The translations under genes were made by a program, and so were the position numbers. A stretch of DNA of 64,000 bases, taken from NCBI GenBank assembly GCA_003971905.1, contig RSEE01000006.1, positions 434,001-498,000 of the forward strand, read 5' to 3'. Every line of letters begins with the position of its first letter. The first letter of the stretch is position 1. This DNA is from Moniliella sp. 'wahieum'. Its lineage: Eukaryota. Shown one piece after another: positions 51,170 through 63,272 of the stretch. The notes below the pieces were generated by a model. That model ran no database searches. It was not told the DNA's origin and was given only the letters and a program-made list of their open reading frames with translations.

Positions 51170-53142
51170 ATGTTCCTTGTTCTACCTCTCCTGCTTCTTC
51201 TTGGGGGATGCGCGCTCATCTCCCAGGCGCATCCTGCCATCGTGCCGGCCGGTATCACATCTTCACCCACTTACTTTAATGGCAAGACATACGACTACCT
51301 CATCGTCGGCGGCGGCACTGCCGGCCTTGTCCTTGCCTCACGTCTGACAGAAAATACTGATCACACCGTCCTCGTGATCGAGGCCGGAGCAAGCGGTGAA
51401 GGCGATACGAATATCACCACCCCCAACGCCATGTTCAACCCTAACACCGTCACGTTTGGCACCGACAAGGATTGGCAGTATCTCACCGTCCCGCAGCCCG
51501 AGATGGACAAAAGACAAGTGTCCTGGCCCCGTGGCAAGACTCTCGGTGGATCAAGCGCAATCAACATTATGCTCTTTGTATGTTATTCATTCTCCGACAC
51601 TGCTGTGGAAACACATGCTTGGGAAATCATTACCTGACAGAGACGTCCTACCACCCCGATTGATTTGTTCGACAGACGCGCCAAACCAAAGTAGAGCAAG
51701 ACGCGTGGGCTGCGTTGCAGACCAACGGAAGCGACTGGACTTGGGATAGCATGCTGGCTGCCATGAAGAAGAGTGAATCTCTTGAGCCTGTGCCTCCGGG
51801 AATCAACGCCTCTTTGTCGTCCGACCTACCGCGGGAAGTCGACTTCCTGATGGCCAACCAGGCATCCCACGGGACCATGGGACCCATCCACACGTCCTGG
51901 CACGGTGTGCAGTACGGTTCGGAAGGTGCATTTCTTCAAGCCGCATCCGAGAGTAGTGGCCTGGCACTCAACCCAGATCCTTACGGTGGCAACAACACGG
52001 GGCCCTCGCTGGGTCTTTCCTTCATCCGTCAAAGTAACTGGACCCGTTCCTTTTCTCGGTCTGGGTACCTGGACCCAAATGTGTTCCGACACAATTTGCA
52101 TGTCCTGACGGACCACCAGGTGGTGAAGGTGCTGTTTGATGGCGCATCACCTCCACGCGCGACCGGTGTGCAGTTCCAGAAGAAGGATGGAAAGCTGTAC
52201 ACGGTGAACGCGGGGCGCGAAGTTGTTCTCTCTGCCGGATCCATTGGTACACCCCAGCTTCTCCAACTGAGCGGTGTAGGCGAGCCCACGCAACTCTCCA
52301 AACACAACATTTCTGTCGTCGCTAACGTCCCAGGGGTTGGGTACCACCTCCAAGATCACTTATATGGGAAGGTGGAATACAACATCACCACGCCGAAGGA
52401 TGGCTTCCCTCCCCCTGCAGGCACGAGTCAAGATCCCAAAGTGAATAGCTTCTTGACATCAGCAGTGAACTATCTTCCGTTCAGCAAGACCGTCACCAAC
52501 ACGACAGCTGTACTCGACACGGTCCGCTCCAGCATTGGACAATGGGCCCAGACATACGACGCTCCAGCCAGCGTCAAGGACGGGTACCGAAATGTGTCAC
52601 ATTTGATTGCTGACTTATATGAGGTGGATGTGCCTTCAGTAGAGATAATCTGGTTCGAATCAAACAATGCCACCGTCCAGATTACCTGTGCGTTGCAACA
52701 CACCTTTGCTCAAGGCAGCGTGTTACTCAACTCAACGGATCCATTCGACTATCCGCTCATCGACCCGGCGTACATGACTAACGAGGTAGACAATTCCTTG
52801 ATCACTTCCGGGTGCAAGACTGCCCGTCCCATTGGCGCCCACCCCCTGATGCATCAGTATGGTTTGGTGGAAACAGCCCCGGGTGCTAATGTCACTACCG
52901 ACTCGGACTGGCACCAGTTCATTTCCAAGACGTTCGGAACAGAGTACCACCCAACCTCCACGGCCAGCCAACTTCCCTTTGAATTGGGTGGGGTGGTGGA
53001 CCCGGAGCTGCGGGTATATGGCACTTCCGGACTCCGCGTGGCTGATGCTTCCATCTTGCCTTTCGTCACTACCCAGCACCTAGTTCCGGTGGTGTATGGA
53101 CTTGCGGAAATTGCTGCTGAGATTATCCTCCGTGGCGAGTGA
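51170..53142 (+). CDS. Secreted GMC oxidoreductase (AA3_2, glucose oxidase/dehydrogenase-like)
   Basis: Signal peptide, YDYLIVGGGTAGLVLASRL, WPRGKTLGGSSAIN, EVVLSAGSIGTPQLLQLSGVG, GVGYHLQDH, EYHP, LRVADASILP..QH. Intron at about 51578-51675. Confidence 0.93.
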
Positions 53143-53378
53143 TAAACAAGCTAACATGCATTTAACTAGTGCTAACCACAGTGGTGCCAGTACTAAGTCA
53201 TATGTAGTGGGCCTATGATGTACACTTTGCTGCAAGCCAGACTGATGAAATATCTATGACCCATGGCTTTGCATATAGCTGGCTTGCTCCTGATCTACGC
53301 CCGCCTTCCCCATTTGTAGCCAGAGTTGCGCACTGAGGGAAAAATAGGAGCTGAAGTGGAAAAGGTGGGTCCATGTTT

Positions 53379-55840
53379 TCAGTTGGCAGCCGCCTCAGCC
53401 GTGGCCCTGACAACAGCATCCCGAAGGCTTGTCCAGTGTTCCAGTTCTTGGCGCACCAATGGCCGGGAAGTAATGGCCAAACCGTTGGGGTCAATGGAAG
53501 TGTCATACTTGGCCACACGAGCCGATGTAATGGAAATGGAGTTCTATTCCCAGAAAAAAAAAGTTAGCGACGGGCTAAAAAAACAAACAAAAGACAGAAT
53601 AGAAAACACGCACGTTCATCGTCTTGAGCACAGTGTCGTAGCACTCGATCCGGAGTTGATTTGCTCGCGCTTGGGTGGCAATTTCCGACGCCTTGGTTTT
53701 CTTGGCTTCATCCGTCGCCACAACCCCGCAGCCCTCTTTGATCAGCGTTTCAATCTGGTCGCGGATCCGACCGACACCGCCAAAGAGCATGCGCTCATAC
53801 GACGTTTCCGCCAAGTGTACCGCCGAGACAAACAAGCGGGAAAAACGCGCAGAAACGAGACGAATGTGGGCCATCTTCTCCCCGGGCGCAACCGAGGTAG
53901 CCGCCGAAGCGGCAGCGTTGACCCAACCCGTCAGGCCAAATCCCCAAGCAGAAATGCTGGACACTGAAGCATCCGGGTCCGGCTCGGGGAGACCGACGAG
54001 GCTGCGCACCTTGGCCAACGAGGCAACATGGTTGTCCAATGATTTGTTCACCAGAGGCCAGGCTTGAATCTTAAATGCGAGTAATGGACCCTGTACCGCT
54101 GCCCCGACCCCCCGAACATCGGCCTCGGAAAGGAGCGTTTCTGTCACCTTGATCATTGCCAAGAGCGACAGGAGGGTGGGTGTTGGTGCTGCGGACATGA
54201 GGGCCGCAGTAAATGTCTTCCAGTGGCCCAGCACGGGCTCCATCACTTGGCTCCACAATTGATCCGCTTCGCGTCCTTTGGGGCGAGTTCGTTGTTCCCG
54301 TTGACTCAGACGCACGATCGATTGCGGCTTATCGTCTCCGTCTGGGCTCCCATCTGCTGCGTTCAGGGAAGAATCCTCCTCGTCGGTCGCCTTGGACAAG
54401 GTCGAGTCGGTGCGTTGATGACCACTCGCTTCGTGGCCAGGGAGTTCAAAGTAGCGAACCAAAAAGATATACTCGGAGCTGGCATTGTCAAAGAAGGTGA
54501 GCGCCAACGAGCGGAACAAGGCTTCGGCCGTGGCTTTGAAGCTGGGATCATCCGACATGTACGCCAACACCACTCCAGGGCCATCCACACGACTTTGTCC
54601 AGCCCGTTCGTCGTCCAACAAGAACAATGTGTCTTCCCTTTCTAGTTGTTCCAATTCCCGGGCTGAAGCCCCTCCTGCAGCGCGGGAGATCAGCCCCAAG
54701 GCAGCGGCAGAAACGGTGCTGGGGCCAATATCGCCGATGAGAGCTTCTTCGCCGGCCAAGATGGAAGAGGACGTGTTGACCAACGCCGCTCGTTCCAACG
54801 ATGTGGGCGGGGACTTGACCCCTGCGCCCCCGACGATAGGGGTGCTGTCGCCCGAACCGATCGACTCAGCAGCCAGATTCGAAGGCGGGGAAGGAGTTGC
54901 CCCTGAGGTCGGGCCCTGGAATCCGAGAGAGCGAGCACGGATCTTTTCGAGCGAGCGTGTGTACCTTCGAAAGCCGGTTTCAAAGTACAGGCGAGCGGCC
55001 GACAAGTAGGCTCGTTGGACTTCTTGTGCAGCACGCGGTGCGCGGGAACCAAGACGTTGTACAGACCATGGTGGGCGGGCTTGAGCAACACAGAGCTCTG
55101 GAGAACTTGCAGGTTGGCTGTCACGCTGGTTTTGAAGGAGGCAAACGCTTGAATGAGGTAGGGCCGAATCTTGGGCACGGCCGCCGCCAAGCAGCTCAGG
55201 GCCAAGGCGCGCGCCTCGGCCCGGACGCTTGCCTCGGGATCAGAAGTGTCCGGGGCACGAGCGAGCGCTGCCCCTGTGCGGGAGAGGGAAGTGGCAGAGG
55301 CAGTGTGGTCCAGAACACGCTCAATCTCCGAGCAGGCATCCGCCCACGCTTGGGGCTGGGCCTTGGGCTCGGTGGACGTGACAATCTCGACAGTCAAGGG
55401 ACTGAGGGACACGTGCGAGACCAGTGCCGACAAACGTTGGTCGAGCGCCTGGTGCTCGGCCGCTGGGTAGCCAGTTGGTTGCTTCGGACCTGGAGCCCAG
55501 ACATGTGGCTAGAAACGCCTCCGAGCTCACGCTCAAAGGCAGTGTAGTACTGGGCTAATGACTCGAGCTGGCCCAAGGCTTGCTGAAGTTCGGCGTGGAG
55601 CGAAACAAAGGTGGGGGCGGCAGCGTAGAAGTAAGCATCTGTCTCGTGCTGTCTCTTGCGCTCCGCCTGCGAAGCGGCGTGTGCGAGCCGGTCAAGGGAA
55701 AGATTGCCGACGTCAGGCGCAGCATGCTCCGTTTCGGCCTCGCCACGTTCGGCGCCCGTGGCAGGGATGGAGGACACGGAAGGCTCCGCCGTATCTGGCG
55801 GCCTTTGCTCGAGCAGGCTCTCGTCGCGAGGCTCGGCCAT
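53379..55840 (-). CDS. VPS52: GARP complex subunit Vps52/Sac2
   Basis: FVSLHAELQ..LESLAQYYTAFERELGGVSSHMSGLQVRS, NLQVLQSSVLLK, AARLYFETGFRRY, EALFRSL..DNASSEYIFLVRYF. A 3' intron near 53545-53612 leads to ..LEHWTSLRDAVVRATAEAAAN*. Confidence 0.88.
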
Positions 55841-56713
55841 GCTGGCGACAACGGGCCTGACGATGGGGCTAGGTGGTGGTGGGGATGGCGGCAGGTGGAG
55901 GCGCTCGGTGAGATGAGATCAGAGGCGAGTGACGGCGCCACGTTGTCCGTCCTTCAATCTCATCGATGGGATCACCGATGCATCGCCATCAATGCATCAT
56001 GCACCATCCATCACCGACCGCCCTCCATTGCAATTTCATTCTCCGGTGCGGTATATTTCCAACAACTCTCTCGTTTCAACTTTCAAATTTCATGGGGCAA
56101 GCGATCAAAAAACCGCAGGACTAGTGGAAGCGTCGGGCGGTACGAGTGAGACCAAGTACCAAGGCAAGCAAAGAAGCACTGATGGAGAGAAGAATAACCG
56201 GAACGGAATAGCAGTGGGGCATTGCATGAGGAGATTTACCTGATTGGCCGAGAGGCCCGTGACAGCTAATAGCATCGAGAGATATAGAAAGAGAAAGCAT
56301 GGTGCAGCGCACATTGATGAATATCTATATTCCAACTAGAAACCTTACCGGCGGGGTACACGATACGCTGGTACAAGGGAAAACACAAGAGCGCCCCCCA
56401 CCACAACAGAGATGCGCAGAGGTTGACGTCTCATCCACGCGGACAGAAATAAATGCTGATGATGGCAAAAGAGGAGAGAAGCGCGAGATTCGAAGCGGCG
56501 GTGAATACCTCTTCAAGCTTCATCGCAATCCATCCCGCATTTCCTGCCCGCGAAGGCTGTATCGTGCAATGGGTTGTGCTTGGCGGTTGTTGCTGTGCCC
56601 ACGGTCTTGGAAGCTTGAGGCTTTCTGGTGCGGTTTCTGTTGGGGTACAGTGCGGCTGGTGCGGCCGTGCCGAAGGAAAAGCGGGAGGGGGCGTGTGACA
56701 CGTGATACTTGAT

Positions 56714-56755
56714 GGCCTGAGGGCCTGAGGCCTGAGGCCTGAGCGCCTGAGCGCT
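56714..56755. repeat. (GGCCTGA)n / (GCGCCTGA) tandem array in the VPS52-YPK1 divergent promoter
   Basis: ggcctga g ggcctga ggcctga ggcctga gcgcctga gcgct. Confidence 0.9.
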
Positions 56756-57215
56756 ATCGCAGCCAGCATTGAATATTGCCGCTTCGATTTCAAACGGGCT
56801 CGGGCGTGGAGCTGCTGGCGGAAGGCAGGAAGGCGGCAGGAGCAGGGCGGACACGCCAGACTTGCCCGCCAGACGGCCGCCGTCGCAATCACGAGCTAAT
56901 CACTGCGCTTCACACACGGTACACCATGTGCCTGGCCCCTGCGCTGGACACTGCCCGCGTGCGGTGCGTGCCCCGGTGGCGACAAGGGGGGCAGTGCTGC
57001 TGTGTGTCAGTGGATGTTTCAACGGCGCTTGCCGAGCATCGCCCGGCGTTGCGAGCGTTGAAGCTGAAGCTTCAAGCTGGCAGCCCAGTCGCAGCAGCAG
57101 CGCCCAAGAGTCAAGAGTCGCGCCCAGTCTGAGCCAGTCTGAGCCAGCTCGGCGTGCTCAGCCCACGGCACTCTTCCGTCACGCCATCTTCGTGTTGCCG
57201 GCGCTCTGCTCCCCC

Positions 57216-59100
57216 ATGTCGTCTTGGAACATTGGCAAGAGTGCGTCCGGCGCTGCCCCCCCCCCCCGCGCCCCTGGCACTGACCGCCTCCTCCAGAGCT
57301 CAAGGAGGGCGCCCTCTCCGCCCGCGGCGGCGTCTCCAATGCCGCCGTGCCTGCACATGCCGACAGTGCCCCTCTCCCTTCATTCGCAGCGCCCTCCACC
57401 CCGACCGCCCAGACCGCCGCCAGCTCCACCCCCATCGCCTCCTCCAGCGGCGCTCCCATCAGCCGCAGCGGTGTCCTGACCATTGCCGTCGTCCAGGCCC
57501 GCGGGCTCACCATGCCCGCGGGCGTCCCTGTGCCTTCCGCCGTGGGTCGTGCCGCCCAGCGGGATGCTGAGCTGGGCCACCCTGCGGGCGTGGGCAGCTT
57601 GTATGGGTCAAGTCTGGGCCGGAGCGTTACCGGGGCGCCGTTTGGCACCCCCTCGGGCTCGGCCCTGGCGACTGCGGGGGCAGCGGGCCAACACCACAGG
57701 CCAAGCGTCTGGTGGCTGCCCTATATCGTTCTAGAGTTTGACAAGAACGAAGTGTTGATTGACGCGGTGGCTGGGGACCTGGCCAACCCCTGTTGGCTGT
57801 ACAAGGCCAACTTTGACGTTAGTCGCAACAGCGAGATTTCTCTCTCCCTCTACCTCCGCGCCACCATCGATCCCGCCACCGTGGCCAGCGCCCCTGGGGG
57901 CGGCGACGAGGCGATGGGTGTGTCAGACGTGTTTTTGGGTGGGATAAAATTTGTTCCCGACTTTGATGGCGCAGCTGCCCAAGTCACCTCGCCGCGCGGC
58001 CGGGGAACGGACGAATGGTTTGCCGTCGGCGGCGGTTCTGGCCAAGTGCGACTGCAAGTGGCCTACCGCAGCACGGCTACAGACAAGATGGACATGAGCA
58101 ACTTTGAGCTGCTCAAGGTGATTGGTAAGGGTTCGTTTGGCAAGGTGATGCAAGTGCGCAAGAAGGATACTTCCCGGATCTACGCGATGAAAACGATTCG
58201 AAAAGCTCACATTGTGAGCCGGAGCGAAGTGACTCACACATTGGCCGAGCGCACGGTTCTAGCCCAGGTCAATTGCCCCTTCATTGTTCCCCTTAAGTTC
58301 AGCTTCCAGTCCCCGACAAGCTTTACCTTGTTCTTGCCTTTGTCAATGGTGGCGAGCTTTTCCATCATCTTCAACAAGAGGGTCGATTCAACGAGGAGCG
58401 CTCGCGCTTTTATGCAGCGGAGCTTCTTCTTGCCCTGGAGCACCTACACGGCTTTCAAGTGATCTATCGCGATCTCAAGCCAGAGAACATCCTGCTTGAC
58501 TACACGGGTCACATTGCGCTCTGTGACTTTGGCCTCTGCAAGCTCAATATGGATGCCGATACGACAACCAACACGTTTTGTGGTACCCCGGAGTATCTCT
58601 CTCCCGAAATCCTATTGGGTCAAGGGTACTCCAAGGCAGTGGATTGGTGGACCCTTGGGGTCCTGCTCTACGAAATGTTGACGGGCCTCCCGCCTTTCTA
58701 CTCTGAGGACGTTAATGAGATGTACCGCAAGATCCTCCAGGACCCGCTTCGATTCCCCGACGACGTGCAACCGGAAGCCCGCAGTCTGCTCACGTTGCTA
58801 CTGCAGCGCGACCCATCCCAGCGCCTTGGCTCCGGCGCGGCCGGAGCCGCGGCGATCAAGGCGCCCATTCTTTGCCAAGCATGTGGATTGGGACATGCTC
58901 GGGCCAAAAAGGTCCGGCCGCCTTTCAAGCCAAGTGTCGCTTCCGCCATTGACACCTCCAACTTTGACCCCGAGTTCACCAATGAGGTGCCCACCGACTC
59001 CCTCGTCGATGAGTCGCATCTCCTCTCGGCTACAGTCCAAGCCCAATTCGCTGGCTTTAGCTACAATGGACCCTCAACAGGCGAAAGCTTGCGGGGCTGA
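57216..59100 (+). CDS. YPK1: AGC-family kinase Ypk1/Gad8 (SGK-like) with an N-terminal C2-like domain
   Basis: MSSW start, WWLPYIVLEFDKNEVLID, FELLKVIGKGSFGKVMQVRKKDTSRIYAMKTIRKAHIV, IYRDLKPENILLDYTGHIALCDFGLCKLNM, TFCGTPEY, hydrophobic motif FAGFSY. Confidence 0.95.
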
Positions 59101-59784
59101 CATGGCAAAGCGTGCTGGCCGGACCTGCTCTGTTGGTTTGGGGTGGGCGCTTGGCCAGGTGGTTTGGTGCCCCCCTCTCCCCGCCCCCCTCCTTGGTTTG
59201 GTCGTACTGGTGCGCACTCCTTCTCGCCCTGGCCAAACAGGCAAGGCTGCGAAGGATTCGCATCGGTGGCCTGCTACCTGCGGACCCTCGGCCGGACTTT
59301 CAACGAACTCATCTTCCTGACGAAGTCTACACAGCAAAACAGTATTGACACAACATAGGTGGCTTGGTACTGGCTGGGCTGAACACCGGCCTTGGGGGCA
59401 TAAAATGGCGCGAGGGGGGTCATATTGCATGGAGGGCGGGTTGTTTCTGGGAAAGGACGGGTCGCATGGGAATGGAAGGTAGGAACTTGAGCCATGGAGG
59501 TATACTAAGCCTATAATGTGCATAGGTCAGTCCTAGAAGTCAACAGGACAAACGAGCCGAGTGACCAAGTGCCTTACCCATCTATACTCTGCAACCCATC
59601 CTGAGGAGACGCACTTGGCCATTGCCAGGGTTGCTTCCTACGCAAACAGGGGACGTACCTAGCAAGAACCGGCTTGCAAAGGGCCTCTTCTTACCTGTAC
59701 TGCGCGCTGTATAGGAACCCGCCAGACAACAACCACCCCCACTGGCCAGAACAGGCGGTGGGAAGAGGTGGACGTAGACCCCAT

Positions 59785-60122
59785 TTAAGCCTTGGCCACC
59801 TTGGGGTTCTGGGGCGAATGTTTCCACAGACGCGCAATCTCGGTAAAATGTCTTGCGAGGAGAGCTCGGGCCTCTCGGCTTTGATGATGGGGAAGACCTG
59901 CTTGACATAGAGATTGTAGTTGGTTTGCGGGCGAACGCGGCGCAGGCGGGTGGGCTTGGGGAGATCGGTTTGGAGCGTGAGCTCGGGTTGGAGCTTGAGC
60001 TCGGGTTGGGCACCCTTCTTGGGGGGCAGACACACTGGGACCGAATGGTGGAGTGCGCGGACTGCCACGGCGACGCTTGCTGGGCGCATCGCCGAGCGGA
60101 GAGCAGGGATGGGGACGAGCAT
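59785..60122 (-). CDS. Small HMG-box/YABBY-like protein with a mitochondrial-presequence-like N-terminus (one frameshift)
   Basis: MLVPIPALRSAMRPASVAVAVRALHHS is Arg/Ala/Ser-rich with no acidic residues. The domain reads TNYNLYVKQVFPIIKAERPELSSQDI/FTEIARLWKHSPQNPK. Confidence 0.7.
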
Positions 60123-60846
60123 GGAGGAGGTCGGAGGGGGACTGGTGGCGGCGTGCACTTGGAGGAGACCTGAGTGGGAACGAGTACGGAGGGCTGGAGG
60201 ACAAATACTTCGTGCGACTACTATCTCTGTGTGTAGCGTAGCACTGACGTACGGACGTGCCGACGGCCAACAGTGGCTGGATTGGATTGGAAATTGGATC
60301 CCAGGGCTGAACCCCTGACCTGGGCTGAGCGCGCACTGCCCCCCCACTGCCCCGCAGCGCGCCCACAGCGGCTGCCCCCGTGCTGCCCCGCTGGCTGTCC
60401 GGGGCGTGCTTGGGCAGTGCTCCTCCCGCGGCCGTGTGGCCCAGGGCCAGTGTGTGGCTCCCAACCCTACTGTGCTGCCTCCGATCCCGCCCGACTGGCG
60501 ACGCGCGTTTGTCATCCATCGATCATCATGCATCAGACATCAGACATCTTGTCTCCATTCATGCTCCCCTCGCCCCCCAGCCTCTCTTCCAGCGGCCGGA
60601 GGTGTGCTATAGCCTCCCGCCCATGTCGGCTGTCGCCATCCATGGCACCAGAACATCATGCAATCACTCCCTCCGCCATACAGAGATGCCCACACACATA
60701 CGATCCTGCTCCCCCCTAGCTCCATCCGCACGTCTGTCTCCGCCATGCGCCATGAGCCATGCGCCCCAGAAATGAGCCCGAGCAAGGAGATTCAGGTGTA
60801 GCACCCGGCCGCTGTCCACGTAGCGTCCGCAACGCCTGACCAGACC

Positions 60847-62556
60847 TCAGGATCCGTTCCGCGCCGCATCCTCCAGGTACTGCGACAGCTTCAACGCGCC
60901 CGTGCGCAGCGACTCGAGCCCCGACTGCACATCCGGGTTGCTCATAAAGCGGCTGTAGTAGTCCCGGGCAGTAGCTTCGAGCTCGGCAAAGTCGCCGTTG
61001 GACCAGCCATTGTCGGTGCTGTGCCATTCGTCTTCCAGCTCCGCATCCGGATCATCCGCATCCGGCTCGTCCCGTCCAAAGTAGGCATTGGACGAGATGG
61101 CAGTCGCACCAGAGAACTTCTGCAGACGCTCCTGCGCTTCCGCATTCGCGTCCGCGTCGTAGTTGCCCCGCTCAAAGTACATGTCGCTCGAAATCGCCTT
61201 TTGGTTGCCAAACTTGCGCCGCATAGTCTGGCATCTCTGCATCAGCGGCACTCGCCGCCGCTTGCGAGGCCGACGTCTCGGCCGCTGCTGCGAACGTAAC
61301 CGCTCCGCTTTAAGCCGAGACGGCCCATGCCCATCCCCAGCCTGTCCACCTGGGCCGAAGGCGTCGGCTTCCCCCCTGCCCCGTCCTGTCTGGGCGCGGA
61401 AGCGGCAGTCTGTTTGTCAAGGGCAGCCTTGACAGCGAGACGGGCGGCCTGCTCGGCTTGCTGGTCCGAAGCTTGCTTGGCCGCCTCTTGCGCCGCAGCC
61501 TGCTGTGCCGCAGCGGCTGCAGCTCAGCTTCGCCTGCCGCTTCTTCTCCTCCTCTTGCGCCTTGGCTGTTTCGGCCGCCTTGCGCTCGGCTGCAGCAAAG
61601 TCAAACGTACCTGCTTTCTTCCCCACCAACAACTTGCCAGCACGCCGGCTCCGGACCAGCCGATGTGGCGCCCAAGCGCGAGGCTCCCAATGCTCGTCGG
61701 GCAGGCGCACGAGCAGCAGGAATCGTGGTCGGAGCAGGGAGGAGGTGCGAGACCCAGGCGTTGTGCTCCGAGGGGTGGACAGACCTGGCGAGAGGGTCCA
61801 GTAAGCTGCGGCGATACACCCCCGGGCGTCGCGGTCGTCGCCAGGCTCGGAGCAATGCCTGAGCGGCGGGAGACGGGCGACGGGCTCCAATACCGGGCAA
61901 GCCCGCCTGGGCCGCGGCAGGCTTGACGGCCTGCGGCGCAGGTGTGGCCTTGGGCTTGTCATCGTCCCAGTCGTCAAAAAGTCATCATCCACTTTGGAGG
62001 GAGGGGGGAGGGCAGCGCCAGCGCCGACGCCTAGACCCGGGAAAAAGACGGGGCATCAACAGCTACGCCCGCACTGGCAGCGTCAGCTGAACGCGCCGCT
62101 CAAGCTCATCCCTGTACGCTTGAGCGACGGGAGAAGTGTACTTGACCTTGCCCTCACACCCGGACGGAGCAAGTCGCCAGCCCTGCGGGCAATGAAAACT
62201 CAGAGGCAGCGCCATTGCCCCCGACTTTCATGGCGCGGAGCTGGGCCCAGTTCCACGAGTCGAGATTGGTGCTGCGGACAAAGGTGATGTGCACCCCCAT
62301 GTTGCGATGCACACTGCTGCAGTCGAGGCAGATGTAGACGGCGAACGTGGCCGACGCCCAGGTTGGGTTCTTGGCGCCACAATCAAAGCATACCTGTCGA
62401 GCAGTAGGGAGAGAAACCAGTCAGCCGGCACGATCCTAGGCGAGATGAAAAACGCAGTTCTCATGAGCAGAGCAGACGCACCTTGTTCTGCTTGGCCTGG
62501 GAGCGGAGATGCTTGAAGATCTCGGCCAGCTCTTCACGGCTGGGATTGGCTGCCAT
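60847..62556 (-). CDS. GLO3: ADP-ribosylation factor GTPase-activating protein, Glo3/ArfGAP2-3 type
   Basis: [46 protein letters not shown], Glo3 motifs [14 protein letters not shown] and AISSNAYFG, and an intron near the 5' end. Confidence 0.93.
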
Positions 62557-63272
62557 GGCGGGATACGAAGACAAAGAGGGCAGGAGATCCACGGGTGGTG
62601 GCGCAGGGGACACGGGTGGTGGGGCAGAAAATGCGTGCGGAGGCGCCTGGAGGAGGCGGTGGGCGGTGGGTGGCTTGTCAGTTTCAAATCAGCTCGACTT
62701 GAACGTTTCCACGTGCCCGACGCGCGCCAGGCAACTGCCCTGTGCGTGGCGTTGGCCCACGTGGAGGGCGCGAGGAGCTGCATGTGCTGCTGGCGGGCGT
62801 GCTGGTCCTGCTAACCCTGACCAGTGCGATCATCGGCCAGTCGAATCCAACCCTAACCCTGGTGGCCGGGGAATGGTGGCGACGGCGGGCTACGGTGGCG
62901 ACGATGGGACGGAGGCTATGCGGCGGCGATGGAACGGGCGACGGGGAAGGGCGGGGCACGACGCGCACGACGGGGCACGACGGGCACGACGGGGCGGTGG
63001 CCTAGCCAAACCAGGGCGTAGGCCCGTCGCCCTGGTTACATATACAGCCCGCTGCTGGCGCCGATGGGCTCGCCCTTTTCTTCTGGAAGGCGGCCGGACC
63101 ATCATTTGGACAACGGCCATGATGGATGTATCCAGCTTCGAAACGTGGCGGAGGCCTGTCTCGGCGTCCTCCAGCGCCCATGCCGCTCCACACCCACCAC
63201 CCCGCCCAAGTCCGTCTTCCCCACCATCTTTTCCAGCAGCGACGTGGTCGAGGCCAACAACGATGCTCGGCC

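Noticed and set aside
62811..62862. Telomere-like CTAACCCT / CCCTAACCCT motifs in the GLO3-ATP23 divergent promoter
   Set aside because: Only 1-2 units each, too short to call an interstitial telomere or a telobox.
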